Translations under genes and position numbers: made by a program
Shown here: in pieces, positions 19,948 through 26,104 of the stretch
How the letters are laid out: each line of letters begins with the position of its first letter
How positions within the stretch are numbered: position 1 is the stretch's first letter
The notes under the pieces: generated by a model
What the model was told of the DNA's origin: nothing
Seen by the model: the letters and a program-made list of their open reading frames with translations, nothing else
Databases searched by the model: none
Origin: Sedimentisphaera cyanobacteriorum
GTDB taxonomy: Bacteria > Planctomycetota > Phycisphaerae > Sedimentisphaerales > Sedimentisphaeraceae
Length of the DNA stretch: 32,000 nt
Reading direction: 5' to 3'
Assembly: GCF_001997385.1 (NCBI RefSeq)
Contig: NZ_CP019633.1
Location: forward strand, 1,260,001 to 1,292,000

Positions 19948-20326
19948 TTTCATTGCCTCCGGAATAAGATTAAAACATTACTTCTAAGCGCCGAACAACG
20001 ACGCCTTCACCGAAAAAAAGACTGCGCAGGTCTGCGGCTGCACACCGAAAGATTTGCGGCAGCTTTTATCAACCAATTTTGAGAACTAATCAAAATATTT
20101 TTCCTGTTTAACTGCATAGTCAAACGGATTAACCTTTATAACAAACTTAAGTTTTATCTTAGAAGCCAGTTTTATCAACCTCTTAAAAGCTTATATCCAA
20201 AGGTGCTGAAATTTTACAAAAAAAAATTAAAAAAACTTTTTTCAAATAAAAAAACCGCAATTAATGGTGTAAAATAAATGACACCTTGAATTTTAATTTG
20301 AAGCGCAACGCTTTGCTAATTTAATC

Positions 20327-20407
20327 AGCCCGCCTGAGGCGGGCTGGAGTTTATCGCTTTAGGCAAACCTGGGAATTTAATAGGCAAGGCGGTTTTTAGG
20401 CCGCCTT
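20327..20407 (-). terminator. Two GC-rich hairpins downstream of the wrecked PEP-CTERM gene
   Basis: AGCCCGCC-TGAG-GGCGGGCT (20327-20346) and AAGGCGG-N8-CCGCCTT (20386-20407). Neither has a clean T run. Once the IS5-like element is mentally removed they lie just 3-prime of the PEP-CTERM tail. Confidence 0.35.
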
Positions 20408-20541
20408 TTCCCAAGTTTGACAGTTGCAGCGCTCGGGTTGCTCTCCAGCATAGCCCTATCCCCTGCAGCAGCGATTTAATTAGTCGCCCCTGAAAAAGTT
20501 TAAAATTTCCTTAAATTCTTTTCTGATAATGGTTTATATGA

Positions 20542-20569
20542 TTGAAAAGCTTTCGAGATATGGTATAAT
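20542..20569 (+). promoter_or_regulatory. Near-consensus sigma-70-type promoter inside the IS5-like element
   Basis: TTGAAA (20542-20547), a 16-nt spacer, then TATAAT (20564-20569), about 55 nt upstream of the transposase ATG. Confidence 0.55.
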
Positions 20570-20623
20570 ATTGCAAGTGTTTATCTTACATCTATCAAAA
20601 CATTGCAATATTGGGACAAAATA

Positions 20624-21967
20624 ATGAAGGCAAAAAACAATAAAGCAGGCTTACTCTTTCAGCAGCCATTAAAACCTCTTGTAAATCCTGATCACTCTTT
20701 AGTCCAACTCTCAGAGGTTGTCAACTGGTCTCGCTTTGAAGAGAAGTTTGGCAGTTTATACAGTCCTGATTCAGGCAGGCCGGCCAAGCCGATTCGCCTG
20801 ATGGTCGGCCTTCAGTATCTCAAGTACACTTTCAATCTCAGCGATGAAGCAATCGTTGCCGGCTGGGTTGAGAATCCTTACTGGCAGTATTTCTGCGGCG
20901 AAAGATACTTCCAGCACGAGCCTCCTATTGATCCAACCAGTATGACTAAGTGGCGTAATAAGGTAAAATCTGATGGTCTTGAAGAGCTGCTCGAAGAAAC
21001 TATCAAAGCCGGCTTGAAGCTTAAGGTTATCAAAAAGAACGATTTCAACAAGCTCGTTGCAGATACAACCGTTCAGCAGAAGAACATCACTTATCCGACC
21101 GACGCAAAACTCTGCCACAAACTGCGCATTAAGCTTGTAGATCTTGCAAAAGCATCAAAACTCCAACTTCGCCAAAGCTACGAAAGGGTTGGGAAAAGGG
21201 CGTATGTAATGCAGGGCAGGTATCGACGTGCAAAACAGTTCAAAAGAGCTAAAAAAGAAGTGAAGAAATTAAGGAACTACCTGCGGCGAATTACGAAAGA
21301 GGTCGAGCGGAATATAGCAGGCAATGAGCAGTTAAGAATAATTTTTGATACATTGCTTCAAGCCGCTAAGAAGCTTTTAGCCCAGACAAAGAAAAGCAAA
21401 AATAAACTCTACAGTATTCACGAACCTCACGTCTGCTGCATTGGGAAAGGCAAAAGCCACAAGAAATATGAGTTTGGAAATAAGGTTGGAATTGTAACTA
21501 CTGCCAAGAATAATTTTATCGTAGGAGCGTTGGGCTTTGAAGGAAACCCTTATGATGGCCATACTCTTCGGGCTAATCTGAAGCAGACAATGAATTTAAT
21601 CGGGAGAGAAAAGCTTGGAGATGTTTATGTTGATGGAGGATACAAGAAACATGGCTGCGAAGATATTGGAAATGTTGAAATTGTAGAAAAGGGCTGGCGA
21701 AAAAAGAAACGAAGTATCAAGAGGTGGATTAAGAGAAGATCGAGCATAGAACCAACGATAGGCCACCTCAAAGAAGACAACAGGTTGGGAAGAAACTTCT
21801 TGAAAGGTGTAGAAGGGGACAAAATGAACGCCCTCGGCAGCGCTTTTGGGTACAATATGCGTAAACTTCTAGAGAAGTTTACTTTTGCCTATATTTTTAT
21901 GCTTAAAATTATTGAATTTTACAGAAATTTGGCAATGAAAAGCAAATTAAAGACTCGATTAGCCTGA
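20624..21967 (+). CDS. IS5/IS1182-family DDE transposase
   Basis: The N-terminus is DUF772/InsH-like (NWSRFEEKFGSLYSPDSGRPAKPIRLMVGLQYLKYTFNLSDEAIV...NPYWQYFCG), followed by a DDE region (LVADTTVQQKNITYPTD...VYVDGGY). The first ATG is at 20624; the track ORF begins at TTG 20603. Confidence 0.85.
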   Translation: MKAKNNKAGLLFQQPLKPLVNPDHSLVQLSEVVNWSRFEEKFGSLYSPDSGRPAKPIRLMVGLQYLKYTFNLSDEAIVAGWVENPYWQYFCGERYFQHEPPIDPTSMTKWRNKVKSDGLEELLEETIKAGLKLKVIKKNDFNKLVADTTVQQKNITYPTDAKLCHKLRIKLVDLAKASKLQLRQSYERVGKRAYVMQGRYRRAKQFKRAKKEVKKLRNYLRRITKEVERNIAGNEQLRIIFDTLLQAAKKLLAQTKKSKNKLYSIHEPHVCCIGKGKSHKKYEFGNKVGIVTTAKNNFIVGALGFEGNPYDGHTLRANLKQTMNLIGREKLGDVYVDGGYKKHGCEDIGNVEIVEKGWRKKKRSIKRWIKRRSSIEPTIGHLKEDNRLGRNFLKGVEGDKMNALGSAFGYNMRKLLEKFTFAYIFMLKIIEFYRNLAMKSKLKTRLA

Positions 21968-22012
21968 TATATTTTTTTAGTTTCCCCAAAATCATTGATT
22001 TTTCAGGAACGA

Positions 22013-22086
22013 CTAATTATCTCTTTTAATAAAGCCCCAAATACCAATTCCTATTAACACTAACGTAGAAGGTTCTGGAACACTCT
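22013..22086 (-). pseudogene. C-terminal fragment of a PEP-CTERM protein gene
   Basis: The minus strand reads SVPEPSTLVLIGIGIWGFIKRDN-stop, which is a canonical PEP motif, a hydrophobic helix and a basic tail. Upstream it abuts the IS3 end at 22087, and its stop codon lies inside the terminal repeat of the IS5-like element. Confidence 0.6.
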
Positions 22087-22118
22087 TGTGCCTCTCCCCT
22101 GTCTTTGAACAGTAATAA

Positions 22119-22943
22119 TTAGACAAATTCCTTCAAACAGCAGTTTTTTCCTTTTGCCCCTTCAGAATTATTTTGAGGGGTGAAAGGCAAAAAACTGCGG
22201 ACATACTCTACAGGAGTTTTCCCTCCCAGTGATTCGTGCCCACGCTCATAATTATATTCTATAAGCCAATCTAAAGTTAAATTACGAGCTTCTGATAAAT
22301 TCTTAAAACTGTACATATCAAGTATATCCTCTCGATAACTCCGATTGAATCGTTCAATAAAACTGTTTTGCTGAGGCTTGCCTGCTTCTATACGGCGGTG
22401 CCTGATTCTGTTTCGGCAGCAGAACCTGCGAAATTGAAGGCTCCTAAATTCCGGCCCATTATCGCTGCGAATAAAGCGGGGGAAACCCCGATCAGAGCCT
22501 ATTAATTCAAGGCTACGAATTATGCGAAGCGAAGGTAAGCTCGTGTCGATCTCAATATCCAATGCCTCACGGTTAAACTCATCGATAACGTTGAAAGCCC
22601 TGAATGGCCGACCATTACTCAAACTATCGCTCATAAAATCAATACTCCATATCTCATTAGCTCTCGTAGCTTCTGGCATAGGTTTACGCTCTATTTGCCT
22701 TATCAAATTCTTTTTACGGTTGTTAAGCTGAAATTCATTTTCCTTATAAACACGATAAACCTTTTTGTGATTCCAGCTATATCCCTTGCGGCGGATACTG
22801 TCGAATATCTTTGGAAATCCGCGTCGAGGACGGGAATCTATTACCAGCTCTATCTGTCTTTTTACCTCAGCATCATCGTTTCTTGAAGGAGTATAGTAAA
22901 AACTGCCCCGGCTGATGCCTGCTGCTTTACAAGATGATTGCAC
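22119..22943 (-). CDS. IS3-family transposase OrfB (DDE integrase core), expressed as an OrfAB fusion by -1 frameshift
   Basis: Core motifs are WSIDFMSD, IRSDNGPEF and ERFNRSYREDIL. It has no ATG of its own. The frame stays open upstream to the A7 site, where the -1 frame reads KKLLKPAERKDFARQAHSKGLCVQSSCKAAGISRGSFYY. Confidence 0.85.
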   Translation of the reverse strand: MQSSCKAAGISRGSFYYTPSRNDDAEVKRQIELVIDSRPRRGFPKIFDSIRRKGYSWNHKKVYRVYKENEFQLNNRKKNLIRQIERKPMPEATRANEIWSIDFMSDSLSNGRPFRAFNVIDEFNREALDIEIDTSLPSLRIIRSLELIGSDRGFPRFIRSDNGPEFRSLQFRRFCCRNRIRHRRIEAGKPQQNSFIERFNRSYREDILDMYSFKNLSEARNLTLDWLIEYNYERGHESLGGKTPVEYVRSFLPFTPQNNSEGAKGKNCCLKEFV

Positions 22944-22996
22944 GCATAAGCCCTTAGAATGTGCCTGCCTGGCAAAATCCTTTCGCTCGGCAGGCT

Positions 22997-23263
22997 TTAG
23001 AAGTTTTTTTCTATTAAATCCTTGAGAACGTTATTCTCTAATGATAAGTCCGCATACATCTTTTTGAGCTTGCCGTTCTCTCGCTCTAACTCGCGTAAAC
23101 GCCTTATCTCACTGCCGCCAATACCAGAATACTTGCTCTTCCAGTTGTAAAATGTGGCACGGGATATGCCGTATTTCCTGGTCAAATCACTGACCTCTAA
23201 ACCGGCTTCTGACTCCTTGAGAATCGAAAGTATCTGGCTTTCACTAAACCTCGATCTTCGCAT
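22997..23263 (-). CDS. IS3-family transposase OrfA (helix-turn-helix)
   Basis: 88 aa. HTH segment LTRKYGISRATFYNWKSKY and a leucine-zipper-like C-terminus. It ends just after the slippery run. Confidence 0.85.
   Translation of the reverse strand: MRRSRFSESQILSILKESEAGLEVSDLTRKYGISRATFYNWKSKYSGIGGSEIRRLRELERENGKLKKMYADLSLENNVLKDLIEKNF
23004..23010 (-). promoter_or_regulatory. Programmed -1 ribosomal frameshift site (A7)
   Basis: On the minus strand, GAA AAA AAC sits 2 codons before the orfA stop, and orfB is open in the -1 frame from this point. This is the classic IS3 arrangement. Confidence 0.7.
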
Positions 23264-23350
23264 TTTAAGTTCCTTTCTAAATATTTGAGTTGGTTTATAT
23301 TATTCAGGAACCGTCTAATTTAAAGTGTTCAATTCTATGGGAGAGCTACA

Positions 23351-23612
23351 ACTCGCGTAAACGCCTTATCTCACTGCCGCCAATACCAGAATACTTGCTC
23401 TTCCAGTTGTAAAATGTGGCACGGGATATGCCGTATTTCCTGGTCAAATCACTGACCTCTAAACCGGCTTCTGACTCCTTGAGAATCGAAAGTATCTGGC
23501 TTTCACTAAACCTCGATCTTCGCATTTTAAGTTCCTTTCTAAATATTTGAGTTGGTTTATATTATTCAGGAACCGTCTAATTTAAAGTGTTCAATTCTAT
23601 GGGAGAGCTACA
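23351..23612 (-). mobile_element. Truncated second IS3 copy (left end plus the first 58 codons of orfA)
   Basis: By eye, 23351-23612 is identical to 23089-23350. It starts mid-orfA (ACTCGCGTAAACGCC...) and ends at the same TGTAGC...terminus. It directly abuts the complete copy, forming a 262-bp tandem repeat. Confidence 0.85.
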
Positions 23613-23664
23613 CAAAAGTTGAAGCCAGCACAAAAACCATAAAAAACAACTTCTTCGATTGCAT
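23613..23664 (-). pseudogene. N-terminal fragment (signal peptide) of a secreted protein gene cut by the IS3 end
   Basis: AAGGAG, 7 nt, then ATG 23664. It reads MQSKKLFFMVFVLASTF and runs straight into the IS3 terminus at 23612. Confidence 0.45.
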
Positions 23665-23831
23665 CTCAGATCTCCTTAAAAGCAGTTACTAAATTACTAA
23701 TCCCCAAAAAACGCTTTTCATTCATTCTATAACGCTCATTTTTATATTCAAGAAAAAAAAATGGATAATTGACAATTTTACAAGGTTACATACCTATCGA
23801 TAGGAGTATAGGTTAAAACTGCAAGTCCTGC

Positions 23832-23999
23832 ATGAAGTTTGGGAACGTGCGGGCGGCGAATGTTGTGCTGCTGGGGGCTCTTTCAAAAGGGCTCGATAAG
23901 CTCAGCGAAGAGGCTTGGCTTGAGGCGGTGAAGATCAGCGTGAAGCCGAAATTTATAGATCTCAACATCAAGGCCTTCAAAACCGGAAGAGAAATTTAA
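23832..23999 (+). pseudogene. 3-prime fragment of an IorB / 2-oxoacid:ferredoxin oxidoreductase gamma-type gene
   Basis: The 55 codons GNVRAANVVLLGALSKGLDKLSEEAWLEAVKISVKPKFIDLNIKAFKTGREI match the C-terminal end of the POR-gamma/IorB domain as I recall it. The upstream frame closes at a TAA (23814-23816), and the sequence before it is AT-rich and non-coding. Confidence 0.55.
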
Positions 24000-24025
24000 C
24001 CGAAAGCGATAAATCAGCGAACCCC

Positions 24026-24063
24026 AAAGCCCCGGCAGAACCACCTGCGGGGCTTTTATTTGA
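24026..24063 (+). terminator. Rho-independent terminator after the iorB-like fragment
   Basis: AAAGCCCCG / CGGGGCTTT forms a 9-bp stem (24026-24034 and 24048-24056) with a 13-nt loop. The T-rich tract TTTTATTT follows. Confidence 0.65.
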
Positions 24064-24331
24064 TTACCTGCCGAAAAACACAAAGCCAAAACACTAATTT
24101 TGATTGCCTAATGCAAAGATTTATTCACAGACTCCACTGATTGGGCAATTTTTATTAAATGTAAAGTTTTATCAATAAAGACTTAACAAGAAAATTTTGC
24201 TCTTTGCAGCGATCATGGTTTAAGAATACACAGCGGACATTTACACCGAGCCGCAGGTGGAGATGAACCAAAAGCCGTAACGTCTGGAAGGGATAATTTT
24301 ACTGCCCAAGTGAGAAAGCAAAAGTATTATC

Positions 24332-24889
24332 TCAACGTTTGATTTCGAATAGTGAAAGCGTTCTCAGCACCTTCATTTCGGCGGGATACCCGTGGCATAC
24401 AGAAAGCTGCACCTTATCGGCAGTTTTCCAAATCGAGGCATACGAAAACGGTCTTACCAGCGTTTCGCTCTCGGAGCTGGTGTACATAAACAGATTGCCG
24501 GTGTTGGCTGCTGAATCCTTGAGCTCTTCGGTGATATACGAATACACGTTTTCCGAGACAGATTCAATTCCGAACTCTGTCTGATATTTGATCGATCCGC
24601 CTGCGAGCCTGTATGAGTGATATTTCGTGCCTTTCAGGCGGAAGCTGTCCACCTCGCCGGCCGGGAGGTCTTTCTGTCTTGCTGTTCCGAGAAATTCGGT
24701 AACGCAGAATCTTTGCCCGTGCAGACTGAGCAGGTGCGAACAGCCGGTTATCCAAAGGTCGATCCCGCAGGCCGGAGACTGCTCCATTACGCGCCTGCGT
24801 ACATCGAAAAGCTCCGGATGAAGCGGCTTTTCGTAGAGCCTGAGTTTGAGCTTGCTTACTTTGAGAGTTTCTCTTGCTAAAGCCTTCAA
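24332..24889 (-). CDS. Conserved hypothetical protein, possibly DUF2617-like
   Basis: The coding-looking ORF has no ATG near its 5-prime end. TTG 24889 lies 7 nt after GAGG, while the longest form starts at TTG 24952 with no RBS. The LYEKPLHPELF motif near the N-terminus reminds me of DUF2617, but I cannot verify that. Confidence 0.5.
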   Translation of the reverse strand: MKALARETLKVSKLKLRLYEKPLHPELFDVRRRVMEQSPACGIDLWITGCSHLLSLHGQRFCVTEFLGTARQKDLPAGEVDSFRLKGTKYHSYRLAGGSIKYQTEFGIESVSENVYSYITEELKDSAANTGNLFMYTSSESETLVRPFSYASIWKTADKVQLSVCHGYPAEMKVLRTLSLFEIKR

Positions 24890-25008
24890 TGCTATACCTC
24901 TTGCAAAAATAGAATGCGGAATTATACATTTCGGCAAATCATTTTCCAGCAATTTCTCGCTGGCGAGGAATTAAGTTTCGCTAAAAGCTTCAAGCCGGCG
25001 AAAAACTC

Positions 25009-25036
25009 TTGATTATGATTGCGAATATAATAAAAT
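25009..25036 (+). promoter_or_regulatory. Candidate promoter for tRNA-Arg
   Basis: TTGATT (25009-25014), a 16-nt spacer, then TAAAAT (25031-25036), about 57 nt upstream of the tRNA 5-prime end. Confidence 0.35.
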
Positions 25037-25093
25037 TCTCATTTCTCGCATTGCTCAGCGGAGAGTTATCTCGAGAGTTATGCGTACAGGGCT

Positions 25094-25167
25094 GCACCCG
25101 TAGCTCAGCAGGATAGAGCAACGGATTTCTAATCCGTAGGTCGCACGTTCGAGTCGTGCCGGGTGTG
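25094..25167 (+). tRNA. tRNA-Arg (anticodon TCT)
   Basis: Hand-folded cloverleaf. Acceptor stem GCACCCG/CGGGTGT; D arm GCTC-AGCAGGATA-GAGC; anticodon arm ACGGA-TTTCTAA-TCCGT; variable loop AGGTC; T arm GCACG-TTCGAGT-CGTGC; discriminator G. No CCA is encoded. Confidence 0.9.
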
Positions 25168-25469
25168 TTTGATTCTTATCAACTCTCAAGGGCTTAAGAC
25201 GGTGGTTTTGAGCCCTTTCAGGCCTGTTTTCGCTGCCTCCAGCATTCCCTGAATATTCGCTTCCATCGTTCGCCTGAGTTCGCTTAAAACCGCCTTTGGA
25301 TGCGCAGTGTGCTGAAGTTTTTGCTGAAGTCAAACCGCCCGTTCCTGTCGCTAGTGCATCTTCATTTTCTTTATAAAATGACGCGGCATCTCCAATGCTT
25401 CTTCAAACGGCTTGAGATGGTTATTGTGCATAAAAGGTCAAACATGTACTGCTGTATCGCAACATTTTA

Positions 25470-25498
25470 TTTTCTAATTTTGCAGTTTTTGTTATAAT
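25470..25498 (+). promoter_or_regulatory. Extended -10 promoter upstream of the DJ-1 gene
   Basis: TGTTATAAT (25490-25498) fits TGnTATAAT. The -35 element is weak (TTTTCT, 25470-25475, 17-nt spacer). It lies about 55 nt upstream of ATG 25553. Confidence 0.45.
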
Positions 25499-25552
25499 GC
25501 TCGGCAGCCGGAAAGAAATTTTATTCTGAACTCAAATTCGGAAGAAGAAAAA

Positions 25553-26104
25553 ATGAGCAAGACAGCGCTTTTACCCATTGCAGACGGAAGTGAAGAGCTT
25601 GAAGCTGTTACTATTATAGATGTTTTGAGGCGTGCCGGCACAGAGCTTACAATAGCTTCAGTTGCCGATATATCAGTAACAATGAGCAGAGGAACTAAGC
25701 TCGTGGCTGATGCCCCGATAGAGGTTTGTTCGGGAAACGAATACGATCTGATAGTGCTCCCTGGCGGTATGCCCGGAGCAGAGCACTTAAGAGATTCGAG
25801 AATCCTCACTGAAATGCTGAAAACTCAGGCCGAGGCGCGGCGTTTGTATGCAGCGATATGCGCATCGCCTGCGATTGTGCTTGCCTCTCACGGTCTTATG
25901 GCCGGCAAAAAAGGCACGTGCTACCCCGGGCTTGAACATTCCCTTGCAGACAGCTATCTGGAGGGTGAGGATGTTGTTGCAGACGGGAACTGCATAACAA
26001 GCAGAGGCCCGGGAACAGCAATGGCATTTGCACTCAAACTTGCCGAACTGCTTGAAGGAAAAGAAAATGCCGAGAAAACAGCTCAGGGTATGCTTGTTAA
26101 ATGA
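25553..26104 (+). CDS. DJ-1/PfpI (YajL/ThiJ-type) family protein
   Basis: 183 aa. It has the nucleophile-elbow motif AAICASPAIVL, plus DLIVLPGGMPGAEHL and the C-terminal GPGTAMAFALKL. Confidence 0.9.
   Translation: MSKTALLPIADGSEELEAVTIIDVLRRAGTELTIASVADISVTMSRGTKLVADAPIEVCSGNEYDLIVLPGGMPGAEHLRDSRILTEMLKTQAEARRLYAAICASPAIVLASHGLMAGKKGTCYPGLEHSLADSYLEGEDVVADGNCITSRGPGTAMAFALKLAELLEGKENAEKTAQGMLVK

Larger units (their letters stand above)
20477..22019 (+). mobile_element. IS5/IS1182-family insertion sequence, apparently intact
   Basis: Terminal inverted repeats TAATTAGTCGCCCCTGAAAAA (20477-20497) and TTTTTCAGGAACGACTAATTA (21999-22019) match at 19 of 21 positions. They flank a single 447-aa transposase gene. 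Because TAATTA is palindromic, the ends could instead be 20482/22014 with a 4-bp AATT target duplication. Confidence 0.8.
22087..23350 (-). mobile_element. IS3-family insertion sequence, complete 1264-bp copy
   Basis: It has TG...CA termini. The imperfect inverted repeats are TGTGCCTCTCCCCTGTCTTTGAACAG (22087 onward) and TGTAGCTCTCCCATAGAATTGAACAC (reverse complement ending at 23350), with about 27 of 38 positions matching. It carries orfA, orfB and an A7 slippery site. Confidence 0.85.

Noticed and set aside
20327-20407. The two GC-rich hairpins as a stand-alone small RNA gene.
   Set aside because: Once the IS5-like insertion is removed they lie immediately 3-prime of the PEP-CTERM gene. 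They are adequately explained as its terminator region, and I see no promoter or match to a conserved sRNA.
23089-23612. The 262-bp tandem repeat as a CRISPR-like or satellite array.
   Set aside because: There are only two units, each far longer than a CRISPR repeat, with no spacers. The sequence is the IS3 left end plus the 5-prime part of orfA.
23883-24089. 68-aa minus-strand ORF.
   Set aside because: It is antisense to the iorB-like fragment and its terminator, with no supporting features.
25055-25333. 92-aa minus-strand ORF.
   Set aside because: It runs antisense straight through the tRNA-Arg gene and is Arg/Ser/Gly-rich. It is an artefact.
25186-25431. An 81-codon minus-strand frame (MHNNHLKPFEEALEMPRHFIKKMKMH-stop-...-TMEANIQGMLEAAKTGLKGLKTTVLSP) that could be a decayed small gene or integrase remnant next to the tRNA.
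   Set aside because: It contains two internal stops, has no recognisable integrase or other motifs, and has no RBS. I cannot support it from sequence alone.
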